Assembly (NCBI GenBank): GCA_964016885.1
Contig: OZ024741.1
Coordinates: 98,518,001-98,582,000 of the forward strand
Direction: 5' to 3'
DNA: 64,000 nucleotides
DNA from: Eledone cirrhosa
Lineage: Eukaryota
In this document: positions 1 to 12,666 of the stretch, piece by piece
Layout: every line of letters starts with the position of its first letter
Position numbering within the stretch: position 1 is the stretch's first letter
Notes under the pieces: generated by a model
What the model saw: only the letters and a program-made list of their open reading frames with translations
The model's database searches: none
Told to the model about the DNA's origin: nothing
Program-made: the position numbers and the translations under genes

Positions 1-137
1 CCCTAGACAGTGAAAGACAGTAATTTATTACTACCTTATTACCAGTAAGATAAATAGCTCAATGTAATAACATCAGTTGTTCTACAGAGCAGTTATATAG
101 AAATTACATGAATCAAAGTTCTGTTCAAACCATTTAT

Positions 138-186
138 TCGCTTACAATTGTTTCTTCCAAACCGAGGTTTGATGTCTTCGGAGCAA
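138..186 (-). ncRNA. Minimal type I hammerhead-like motif in the PLE pLTR (3' copy)
   Basis: TTGCT-CCGAAGA-cat CAAACC tc GGTTTG gaa-GAAA-CAATTG-TA-AGCGA. Stem I has 5 bp, stem III is the palindrome ACAATTGT, and the cleavage triplet is GUA. The core has U4C. Confidence 0.65.
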
Positions 187-1665
187 TTTTTCATTGATTG
201 TTTACATACATGACATCCTTTCCAACACAAGAGACATACAGAAACATATGTATATATCGATGCACAGTGGGTTGACATCCATTATAATATTTTAGCATGG
301 CAATTTACATTCAAAAATTAAAGTCATATTAAAAGAAAACAAAATTAAAGTTAAAATACCAGATTGGCAGTTTTCGAAGAAACGCAAGAGGATAGTTAGA
401 AGTAGTTAGTGTATGCAATAGTTACACGTGGGGCATGCACATGTGTCTTATTTATATAAGATTATAGTGCGACAAGGTGTTATATGGAATACAAGCACTT
501 TAAGCGGGCAATCAAGAGTATTATGGGGGTTGTATTGGTAAGTATTTTTTATGTATGATATAGAAGCTTGTGTGCAGAGAAATATTAAAAATATTAAAAA
601 TGAGAAGCAAAACAATGTTATGGTTTTCGTATACACCACCATTTTCACAATCCAGGAAACGTAATATATAGATTATATGTCCTTCACATAATCAACGATG
701 ATTTAATATTGGATGCTTGATGAATTAGGTTAGAATATTACAGCTTGTTGTTCTTTAATCCAATTTTATAGAGCAGGCTGTTTTTGTTGCGAGAATTAAC
801 ATCGTATTATTTTCCGGAAGTGTGTGTGTGATTAAGGGGAGTTAATGCGTGAGGGGAGGTAACTAGCTGATTTCTATAACTAAATTTATTATCCCAATGT
901 ACATTAAATGGTGTCTCAAATGAGTCCCTATCATATAAGGTTATAAACAGTTTCTAAATTTAAGTATCCTATCTATAAATTACAGTCTAGTCTATCAAGA
1001 AGTACTAAAGGTGTTCATATTAGGATGATTACCCTCTATCATAGAGTGCCACAACTGAATATTCCACATGAAGAGTCAGATCCCCAAATCAATGATCTTT
1101 GTAAGTGTAGTCTACCCGCAGAACCCTGGCAGGGTTTTATTAGAATCACTTCTATATATAACTCTTGGTAAGCTCTGGGTCAGCGCATGTCTGATTGCAT
1201 GGCAAAGTTAAATATCACTAGGGTAGACCAGAGATCAATACTCACTTACAATGTCACTAATCTGACCATCAAATCATACATGTATGTATAACTCACACAT
1301 CACTTGTACATAATTCATTGTACTCAGCATATAGGTTATATAGCTATTTTATGTTAATAAATTAATTAATCTTCCATTTATCCAATGTTTGCACTCCATA
1401 GACAGAACAACATTAGCACAACCAATTCAGTGTTTAAAGTTTACATTAATTATATAGTGGTGTAATGTAGCCTAAGTAATTGAAGGCTATTATACCAAAA
1501 GTAGATGTACATGGGGATATCTCTAGGGTAAAAGGTTCTAGAAGGATGTCACTATTTGTGTTAAGGTCGTTCATTGAGTGTGGAGATGTGGTGTAAGGTG
1601 TGCCCTTGAGGTTTGTTGCTAGAGGTGGTGACGGGTTCAAGTCTGACATTGTTATATATTGGGTT

Positions 1666-4110
1666 TTAAGTTTTGGAAGGAGTGTCGGAAGCGGTGCTGG
1701 CAAGACGCGAACACTCTGATTTTTTATTAAGGAGGTTATGGTTTGAGAAGATAATAGTATGGGTCTCTAGTAGACAGAGGTTACAAAATTTATTAAGTGG
1801 TTTGTACGATGTCGCGTTACCTATCACTTCCCATTTGAGTGTATAAGATTTATTTTTATTTTTTAGATAGTGTATGTAGCTAGATAGTGAAGTGGAGTTG
1901 GCGAGACTGTGTTTTTTGAAAGAGTGGAGGTGCGAATTGTATCTGGTTTTGAAGCAGTTTGAAGTAGAGCCTATATAGGTTTCAGAAGAGTTGCTAGTTG
2001 TGACGGTGCATGAGTATATGATATCCTTGATTAAGCATTTTTCATCTAAAGGGCAGGTTCTATTTGATCTACAGTTACAATTATTCTGGGTGTTAGTCTG
2101 CCGATTATTATGTTGTGTAGAAGTCTGGATGGTAGCTATAGGATTATGGTTATGGGGGTTGTCGTTCCCAGCGTTATTGCTTACACTAGTGCTATTACTA
2201 TTATTACTATTGTTATTAGGGTTAGTTGATATAATGTTATTTTGAAGGTTTATCGCCTGTTGTGATTTAGTTTGTTGGAAGTAAGAATTAATTTTTCTTT
2301 TATTGCTACTAGCTATGTGGTATGTTATGTTAGGCGTAGTAGAGTAGGAGATTTTAATAGTGTTTTTGTTTAAAAGGCTATGGTACTTGTGGCCAGAGTG
2401 GAAGTTTTTATCTAGTAGTGAGAAGAAAGCCCTAGGTAGGTTGGTAGAGACGTTTAGATTGAAAGGAGGGTTGAAAAATGTATTATTTCTTCTTCTATTT
2501 TTGTTATTAATGTCTGGTGAGTTGTTTCCTTTTATGGTACTATGGTAATATCTGTGGTGTGGGTTACTTTTGTTGGCATCCTCTGTATTAGTGTGTGTGT
2601 GGTTGCTATTCTTATTACTAAATTTCCTCATGGACATATTGTGCGAAATAATGTTGTAGCTATGCGTTTTTGTAGGTAGGAACTCGATCTCTATATTATG
2701 GCCTGATCTAGCTAATGCCTGATTATAATATTGCGAGTTTTTGCTAAATATGTTTACGTCATAGGATAGATTAGAGATTCTATTGGATACTCCCTTAGAG
2801 ATAGAGTTTAATATTGATCTTGGGTGGTTAGACTTGGTATCTACGTAAATGAGTTTTTCGTTAGGTTTATGGAAAGGTCTATATATCTTTGAGTCTAGGT
2901 AGAGGGTGGCGTCCAGGAAGTTAACGTTTTTAGTGTTTTTGTCCATGGTGATACTAAGGTTATAGTTTTTGAATGTCTTGTGCAATAGTTTTCTAGTTCT
3001 TTCTATATTGAATTTTTTATAGTCTATAAGTAGAAGTGCATCATCGCGGTACAAACCACCGTTGAGGTATGGAAGGTCCTTATGGATTTCGTTAAGTAAA
3101 TATAGGCCGACCAAATCAGTGACCTGCGCCGAGTCACTAGATCCCATGGTTATGTTGAAGTTGTTTTGCGTATCTTTTCGGGTTCATAATTGGTCTTCAA
3201 AGGTGATTACATTTTTACGGGCCGAAAGTATGACATCAATCTGGGGTCTAGTCAGGTCACTATTGTCCATGGCCATGATTAGTGCCTTATTTAATAGGAT
3301 AGGGGAAATAGAGTTGTAGTATGAATTGATATCAAATTGAATACATTTTTTATCCTTGTTATCCTTGATATCTTTGAACCATTCAATAACTTCACCCGTA
3401 TTTCCCCATTGTTTAAGGTATATCTTGTGTTTAATCTGTGGGATGATTTTATCTAAAATTTTCTTACTGATAATGCCAATATCAGACTTGGAAGGGCAGA
3501 TAAGTCTAATCGATGGGTTGCTAATGAAGTCCTCCTTATGGTCCTTCAGAGAGAATCTACGGGGGTTTGGGGTATATGGTTGTGTATGTCTCTGAAGTCC
3601 TAGTTTGGACACTATATTATAGCCTTCCATATTAATATCTTCTAAGTTTTTCATAGTAGTTTTCTTGTAGCTTTTATGTAGTTCATTATATATAAACTTT
3701 CTATAAGTATTATAATCTAGGCTGTATATGTTATTAGTTTTGTCCGCATGTACAATAATTTTATTACTAGTTTTGAATTCATTAATAGAGGTGTTAAGTT
3801 TTTTTAAGAAGGTGTTGTTTTTATTACGGTGCTTTTTGTATTTAATGTTCTTAACTAGTTTCATTAGGTCATTTTCAAAGGAGTTTAGTAGTGTGTTATG
3901 AAGGGGGCTTCTAAAGGTTTTAAAGCCGAAGGAGTCAAATTTGTTAGTATTATTAACCTTGTTAGATTTGTTTTTATCATAATGGAATGTCCTCCATCTC
4001 ACTCTATTGATAAAGGAATTTACACTGTCGATCAATAATTTCTCATATGTATTCTTGGATGGTATTGGTATGTTCTTGGTTGACATAGGGAGTTGGTCTT
4101 TGATCAGCAT
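1666..4110 (-). pseudogene. PLE reverse transcriptase / GIY-YIG endonuclease ORF, disrupted
   Basis: ORFs 3184-4110 and 1666-3147 are in the same frame, separated by one TGA (3184-3186). RT motifs: QFDINSYY, ITMGSSDSAQV, GGLYRDDA, VNFLD, FFNPPF. Linker CNCR-x4-CPL, endonuclease IIY...YIGST...RYNSH, then CNLC. A 1-nt frameshift near 1712 removes the terminal SE.F.SCQHR motif. Confidence 0.9.
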
Positions 4111-4689
4111 ACTGGTAATTTATTGTATGTCAGCTCAACAGTATGCAGCAGTTAATAGTATTAAGGATACTATTTATGGTTATGTATATACTAAAACCTT
4201 TTATAGTTATATATATTTTAAACCCTAAACAGTGAAAGACAGTAATTTATTACTACCTTATTACCAGTAAGATAAATAGCTCAATGTAATAACATCAGTT
4301 GTTCTACAGAGCAGTTATATAGAAATTACATGAAACATGAAATTACATGAATCAAATCCCTGATTGCCCGCTTAAAGTGCTTGTATTCCATATAACACCT
4401 TGCCGCACTATAATCTTATATAAATAAGACATACGTGCATGCCCCACGTGTAACTATTGCATACACTAACTACTTCTAACTATCCTCTTGCATTATCTTC
4501 GTAAACTGCCAATGTTGTATTTTAACATTAATTTTGTTTTCTTTTAATATGACTTTAATCTTTGACTGTAAATTGCCATGCTAAAATATTATAATGGATG
4601 TCAACCCACTGTGCATAGATATATACATATGTTCCTGTATGTCTCTTGTGTTGGAAAGGAGGTCATGTATGTAAACAATCAATGAAAAA

Positions 4690-4738
4690 TTGCTCCGAAG
4701 ACACCAAACCTCGGTTTGGAAGAAACAATTGTAAGCGA
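4690..4738 (+). ncRNA. Minimal type I hammerhead-like motif in the inverted PLE pLTR
   Basis: Same motif as 138-186; stem II is CCAAACC/GGTTTGG. Confidence 0.65.
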
Positions 4739-4771
4739 ATAAATGGTTTGAACAGAACTTTGATTCATGTA

Positions 4772-4804
<33 letters not shown>

Positions 4805-4896
4805 ATGTAGGAGGTGAGTTTTATTGTAGAACAATAAAACTATGCATGCATCGGATAAATACCACTCAACAGTTTATTGAACTGGAGTATATATAA

Positions 4897-5259
4897 GAAG
4901 AAATTAAAAGATGGTTTAAAAAGTTCCATATATTTTATTATGCGCATTTCAAAAACAAATATCATACTGAGACGATAGTTGCGTTCTCATTAGATAAAAT
5001 AAGGTAACATGATATGATGCCTAAGAAATACTTGTGAACAAGGAAGTGTGAAAAAGAAATATGTTGACTGGACACTTTCTTTTCACAAGTGTTTCTTAGG
5101 CATCATATCATGTTACCTTATTTTAGCTGATGAGAACGCAACTATCGTTCCAGAATGATATTTGTTTTTGCAATGCGCATAATAAAATATATGGAACTTT
5201 TTTAACCATCTTTTAATTTCTTCTATATATCTAAGAAATTAAAAGATGGTTAAAAAAGT
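4897..5259. repeat. Fold-back inverted repeat (~152-bp arms, ~22-nt loop) plus a short extra inverted end copy
   Basis: 4897-5049 is the reverse complement of 5072-5223. 5233-5259 is an inverted copy of 5196-5222. The structure is flanked by TA runs. Confidence 0.85.
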
Positions 5260-5274
5260 ATATATATATACACA

Positions 5275-5385
<111 letters not shown>

Positions 5386-5426
5386 TTAATAATCTCCCGT
5401 AAGGTTGAGATTAAATTTGGCGATAT

Positions 5427-5472
5427 TTGGCTGCGCTTTCGAGCGACAGGCCTACACGCCGTCAACAGCCAA
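5427..5472 (-). ncRNA. Degenerate minimal hammerhead motif
   Basis: TTGG-CTGTTGA-cgGCG..CGCtc-GAAA-GCGC-AG-CCAA. Stem I and the palindromic stem III are present, but A6 and the cleavage triplet are mutated. Confidence 0.5.
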
Positions 5473-5941
5473 TCACATTCTTTCCAACTTGACCACGGCC
5501 ATAGTGTGATTCTTAGCCATTTTTGAATCCAATTTTGGCGCGATCGGCTTGGAATACTAAGTGTCTATTTTTGAGTTTATCTCCTGATGATTCCGAACTC
5601 AATGGATTTCCTATTAATAGGATATCTAAAAATACGGATGAAACCATGGTAGAGATAGTTACGGTATGTACACAGTTCTTCTATGTTTGATTTTACACCG
5701 AATGGCATATGGTTAATAATGTACTTGGTCGATTTCTGCATGCTGTCGAAATATTGGATAAATAACCTGCTGTGGATAACGCGAAGTACCCACTCTCGTT
5801 TGTTTGTCGGAGATTTCTTCATAGGAGCTTTTATCCTTATGGCTTAGTATAATTGATTTTTTATATGGTTGATTGTGCTGTTTGGCAGAGGAAATGGAGT
5901 ATATATTTTGTTTATCTAATAATTCTGTAGACATGATTTAT

Positions 5942-6087
<146 letters not shown>

Positions 6088-6180
6088 ATATATATATACA
6101 TATACATATATATATATTTATATATATATACGATTCTGAATCAATTCTCTTACCGCTCAGCTACAAGCCCTCACTAATAT

Positions 6181-6361
<181 letters not shown>

Positions 6362-6508
6362 ATACTTTGGGAGGGTCATGTTGCCAATAAGAAACACACG
6401 CACCAATTGCTTTCACTTCAATTTCTTATAATAAATTTATAAATTTAGGAACTTATAAATTTCCGATTGGTTGGTTGGTTCCACAACCAGATGGTTGTTT
6501 ATATATTT

Positions 6509-8130
6509 TCCCTGTATCCATCTATTGACGTGGATTTTGCTGTGGAGAAATGCGTAGAAATGATCAGTGAGAGCAATGTTGAATTCCGTGGGATTGATAC
6601 CAGTGAGCTGGGACTCCTACTTAAACTTACCTATAGTAATAATTATCTAGACACATATGACCTTAGCAACCTGTGCCCCACAAGACCAGCAAGAGGCAGA
6701 CCACCTACCATTACCTCAATGGCCAAGAAAACCCACACAGATAGATGGAACGGGTGGACCAGAGCCATACGGACCCCCGAAAACCACGATGAACTAAAGA
6801 AAATGATTGCACATGCGGTGGGGGCCAGCATAAAATTAAACATTATGGAACATATGTTCAAATTTAATGGAAAAACATATGCCCAAGAGGAGGGAGCAGC
6901 CACTGGTCTTAGCATTGCAGGCGACATAGCTAACCTATTCATGGTAGGGTGGGACAGTAGACTTAAACTTAAACTTAAAGAAAAATTAGAAGACCCCTTA
7001 ACCCTGATAATGTACTCCCGCTACGTTGATGATATAAACATCGTAGTTAAAATACCCCCACTAGAGAACAGTCAGGAATTAGAGAAAAACACAATGGAAA
7101 GCATCCAGCAAATAGCTAACTCCATCCACCAGAGTATTAGAGTTACTATAGACTACCCAAGCAAACACCCCAACCATCGATTACCTGTACTAGACACAGA
7201 GCTCTGGTTAGATACCATTAATAACAAAAAACAAATCCTCCATTCCCATTATGCCAAACCCATGACTTCCAAATATCTGATCCACCGAAACTCAGCTGTT
7301 TCGGACCATAACAAAATCAACATACTGATTGCGGATTTGGTACGAGTGATGAGAAACGTGTCTCGCTTGTGCAACCCCGAAGAACTAGAGAGACACATAC
7401 AACACTTCATCCACTGTATGCAGTTCTCTGGTTACAATCAGAGAGATAAAATCAGAGTGTATAGAGGAGCCAGAACCAAATGGGAAAAAATGGTAAATAA
7501 TGACACAAATGGGACCTGCCCCTTGTATAGAAGCAAATTTTGGAATAGAATAGAAACAACTAGAATAAGGCTAATAGAATAAACTCATGGTATGATAGCA
7601 ATAAATACCAGAGTGTAATGTTCATCGATACAACCCCTAGAGGTGAATTAGCTTACAAATTTAGAAGGGCCCTAGATAAACATAAAGTCAATATTAAGAT
7701 AGTAGTAAGACCAGATACCTCCATAAAAACACATATTAGCAAGACATACCCTGTTCAAAGACCTCCCTGTATAGATAAGAAATGTATAATCTGTAAATTA
7801 AGCCTCCATATTAACTGTAAAACTAGAAATGTAGTATATAGCATAAGATGTACTGAAAGACAATGTAGAGATAAAAATATAGTGTACATAGGTGAGACAG
7901 CTCGTAGTATAGGGGAACTGGCGAGACCTTCAAGATAGTAAAGAATCATCTGTACTCTACCAACATGCTAAAATAGAACATAAGGGTAAATTAGAGAACA
8001 GAAATAAAAATAGAATCTACACATAGAAAAGACGCAATGTTTAGACAAATTTCAGAGGCAATAAACATAAATGAATTACAACCAAATTAAATAGAAAACA
8101 TGAGTGGAACAGCAACATCACAACTTACAA
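6509..8130 (+). pseudogene. PLE RT + GIY-YIG, truncated and frameshifted
   Basis: Motifs SLYPSI, FKFNGKTYAQEEG, YSRYVDDI, LPVLD, HYAKPM. After a frameshift near 7560-7580 come CIDKKCIIC and NVVYSIRC..C..YIGETAR. Further frameshifts occur after ~7920. Confidence 0.88.
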
Positions 8131-8337
8131 TTAAGGACAAAATGAAAACACACACGCACATAGAACTAACAACCAACCAGTAACATGTAAATAAACAAAT
8201 AAATAAACGAATATAAACACACACAGACACCCGGATGTAACACATGCGCAAACTAAGCACACAACACACACACAAAAACAAGATGGCGTAGGACAGAACA
8301 AAGGAGAGGCACAAAAAAACAAAGAAAAGAATCCCCA

Positions 8338-8380
8338 GTCACTGAAGAGGTCACAGAATGTGTGACGAATGAACTTTGAC
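8338..8380 (+). ncRNA. Minimal hammerhead motif in the PLE 3' pLTR
   Basis: GTCA-CTGAAGA-G-GTCACA gaatg TGTGAC-GAAT-GAACTT-TGAC. Stems I and II pair; A15.1 is mutated. Confidence 0.65.
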
Positions 8381-8588
8381 AATATATAAATAACCATCTG
8401 GTTTTGTACCAACCAACCAACCGGAAATTTATAAGTTCCTAAATTTATAAATTTATTATAATAAATTGAAGTGAAAGTAACTGCTGGTGCGTGTGTTTCT
8501 TATTGGCAACATGACCCTCCCAAAGTATAACAATATCGGTTTCAACACACGTTTTCAGATAAAGAATCTTGCTAAACAAATTCAGAAA

Positions 8589-8678
<90 letters not shown>

Positions 8679-8733
8679 TTATATATATATAAATATATAT
8701 ACATGTGTGTGTGTGTGTCTGTGTGTGTGTAAT

Positions 8734-8770
<37 letters not shown>

Positions 8771-9310
8771 GTGTGTGCCCATACGTGTGTGCCCATACAT
8801 GTGTGTGCCCATACGTGCGTATGGACATGTGCGTAGGTGTGTGTTTGTATTTACTCAGTTGAATATGAGTCGCCGTGTGTATGTGCGTTTGTTACGAAAT
8901 TTGGAATAGAGTCTTGCTAATGTTTACTGCCAATTAAAATGTTCAGACTGTCTACAAATGCTTTACAATCCTTAATGACATTTTATGGCGACCACACATC
9001 TATAATTTAGCCATATGTGGTATTGGTGTTTGTTGTGAGGGTAGTGGTGGTAATGGTAGTTTGATGTGATGATTACAATAAGGCTAAGGCAGGTGGGAGT
9101 GAGTGGGCTTGTAATGCTACTAGATATTATTAAGGGGGATGTGGGGTTTATAGCGGTATCGGTGATGGTTGTAATGTGGATAGTAGTAGTGGTGGTGAAC
9201 AGATTTATTTATGTCAATGTCTTTAGATTTATGCTCCCTATTCTGTACAAAAAAACAAACAAACGATCCTAATTATTAAAATGTAAGTTATGCGTATGCA
9301 CACACGCGCG

Positions 9311-9354
<44 letters not shown>

Positions 9355-9393
9355 TACATACACACACACATACACACATACACACACACACAC

Positions 9394-9479
<86 letters not shown>

Positions 9480-9723
9480 AGATAAATCTACCAAAATATA
9501 CGGTAGTGTCCAATCCGTATGAAGAACTCAATGTAATCCAAATATCATGAATATATATATATATATATATGAAGAGAGAGTGAGAGATGTAAAATCCGGG
9601 ATTATATATATATATCTATACACACCCTGCATCCCCCCACGCATTCAGTACTCCCATGATTAGTGGTATCACTGGGCTCAGCACCACATATTTTATACAC
9701 CCTCACATATTTATATATATATA

Positions 9724-9756
<33 letters not shown>

Positions 9757-9970
9757 CTGTCTGTCTGTCTGTCTGTATGCATGTGTTGTATGTCGGTGTG
9801 TATGGATGTAATTTCACGAATATCTAAACAAAAATATTAGAAAATATCCAACACTGCAATTAGCTTGATAAAGCAAATAACGTGTGGGGTGTAACAAAAT
9901 GGAGGTTACTATTTTACTGCAGTTTATTTTTTCGACTTCCTCAGAAAGAGTACACTCGGAATAATGTTTT

Positions 9971-10001
<31 letters not shown>

Positions 10002-10093
10002 GATATATATATATATATATATACATAGTCATATATATATATAACTCTTACACGCACATACACAAATATATATATATATAAGTGTGTGAGTGT

Positions 10094-10154
<61 letters not shown>

Positions 10155-10658
10155 GCTTAAGAAAGGAATGTTTTCTCATATTTTATTTCTAATTGAAAGC
10201 GTGAATCTTCGTCTCAAACCAAGCCTCGTCAACGTCTTCAATTACCACTGGAAGACAAAGGTAAGAGCAGGGAGGGAGGTGGTGAATTCTAGTGTGTTTT
10301 CTGTTAGAACGATGAAAGTGGCGAGATTGATGAGAATGAGCTTTTCTAAGCAGGAGGAAAGAAACCAGAAATCAATGCTCTTAATGCGAAGAGGAATTCG
10401 GAGCTTTGTGTGGAATTGTTTCTGAACTTCCCATAAAGTTCAGTTCCGCCTTATTTTGAATCTCTTCCTAGATAAGATTTGTTATTATTTTGTATTGTTA
10501 TCGTTAATATTTATAATTATTAGTGATATTGTTATACCTTCTGTTGTCCCTTTGATAATGTCCCCTACCCTTTACTCGATTTAAACACTATTCTCTCTAG
10601 TTTCTTCGTCTTTGCGCTGCCCCAACGTCTTCAGACATTGTATCCAGTAAAACATTAA

Positions 10659-10832
10659 GGGGCGGTGGATTGGCAGTATCGGTATAGGGTCTGACGCCAT
10701 GCTTTGAGGCAAAGAGTTACGGCCCTTTATTTTCTGAAATCAAATCCCGCCGAGGTTTACGGGGTCGATAAAATAAAGTACCAGTAATGTACTGGATAAT
10801 TGCTGGCCTTGTGCCAAAAGTAGAAACAATTA
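10659..10832 (+). mobile_element. tRNA-derived SINE, family A (internally deleted)
   Basis: A-box-like TGGCAGTATCGG head, core GGGGTCGATAAAATAAAGTACCAG and tail GGCCTTGTGCCAAAAGTAGAAAC, all shared with other copies in the window. Confidence 0.8.
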
Positions 10833-10925
10833 CTATAATACTTTTTATTTGGAGTGGATAATATTATTGCATTACTGAGAACGACTCTTCGAGCCTTACA
10901 TATCTACAGTATTGTTTTTGGTTTT

Positions 10926-11017
10926 GTAAATTCTATTATTGGGTCGTCAAGTATGAAATTTGTAGAAATTTGTAAAAAGGAAAGTAAATTCTACAAATTT
11001 CATACTTGATGACCCAA
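10926..11017. repeat. Short hairpin, ~32-bp arms
   Basis: ATTGGGTCGTCAAGTATGAAATTTGTAGAA pairs with TTCTACAAATTTCATACTTGATGACCCAAT. Confidence 0.8.
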
Positions 11018-11823
11018 TATAATGATAGTACTCTTCGTAATATGTGTGCAGTTTAGTAGCGCTGTTTCTGCTTGTATTATATATTCGTTTGTCCTGAGGC
11101 TTGGTTATGGATCAGTCTGTGTGTATTTGTGTTATTATTGCCAGAAAAACTTAGATATAAGTATTAAATATATTTTCATTTTCCACATTCGGATTATTTC
11201 TACCTATACATCTTTACATTTGAACAATTTCCCCGTTTCATTGGTAGATATATTGTCATCTGTGGGAACAAATACATCGATGTGGTGCTCGTTTACCCAC
11301 TATTCTGATATATTCATTACACACATCGGTTGTGTAATAGTGAAATGATTTTTGGAGACGATTGCTAAATTTAACAGTTTATGCATTTGATCGACTCACA
11401 AGATATTTCTTCCACAAACTGTGATATTCAACTTTTTGTATAGCTCTCCGTTGCTACATATTTTGAATGTTTAACTACCCCAGTTATTACAGAAGTACAA
11501 AACTAATTTTCAAATGTTGTTCCTATTATCCCACAAACTACTATCTCATCTAGTTTGTGTATGTATATATAAATGTATATAAATAAATAAATAAATATAT
11601 ATTTATATATATATATATATGTTTTTCCACCACTCCCCCTCACACCCTGGGAACTCTTTTTCTGCCTACTTTTGCTGCCCACAGATATATCTGCATTCAA
11701 GAAACCACTGGTAAATGAAATAATTATCTATGTTGTTTATTACCTAACTAATAAGCTCTGTAGCCTACATAGAGCACTCTTTTTTCCTGTACCTTTCCGA
11801 CGGAATTACTTCATTTACACTTA

Positions 11824-11925
<102 letters not shown>

Positions 11926-12494
11926 GAGGGGGGGTGGTAGAGTCCGACAGGGACAGAGGGAGTGAGGGATGGAGAGAGTTAGAGACAGAGGCTATCGAGA
12001 AAATGAGAAAGAGGGGAGGGACAGGAAAGGGAAATAGACAAAGGCAGAGAGTTATGTGTTATCATGACTGTGTAGTTAAACATTTTACTCCGAAACCACA
12101 TAGTTTCGGACGCATGGCAACATGGGCTTCTTCTATAGTATAAATTTGTTCATAGTCCCACAGGCCAATATTAGATCCCGTTGACCAATATAAGGTGTTT
12201 TGCATTTACACCAACTTATTGATTTTATGGAATGCACAAATAGTATTCATTTGTTTTTGTTTTGTTTTTTTATGTGTGAATATTTATCATATTGTGTCTT
12301 TTATATGACCATGAAAACAAGCCTTCTTCCGAATAGCACTGTAAATGCTTTTGGCAAACTCGCGTGAGTAAAAAGCAAGTAGAATCTTGCGGATATTGGA
12401 AAGCTTATAATGATTATGCGGGTGATATGTTTCAACTATTTAATAGTCATTTCTTTCCAAAATAACATATATACATGTATGTATATATGTCTAC

Positions 12495-12557
<63 letters not shown>

Positions 12558-12591
12558 TTTACAAACTAATATACGTATATTCATGCATACA

Positions 12592-12666
<75 letters not shown>

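Larger units (their letters stand above)
1..4780 (-). mobile_element. Penelope-like element, near full length, Hydra-clade-like, with a partly inverted 5' pseudo-LTR
   Basis: Carries an RT + GIY-YIG ORF. 1-112 is directly repeated at ~4222-4334, and ~96-513 is repeated inverted at ~4361-4780, ending in (TA)n. This direct-plus-inverted pLTR layout is typical of PLEs. The element probably continues left of the window. Confidence 0.9.

Noticed and set aside
1666-4110. Naiad-type selenoprotein PLE or alternative genetic code
   Set aside because: The endonuclease is C-terminal (Naiads have it N-terminal), the UGA is at a Trp-type position, and the ORF also has a frameshift.
5577-5934. Short minus-strand ORFs upstream of the degenerate HHR
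   Set aside because: No identifiable RT or endonuclease motif.
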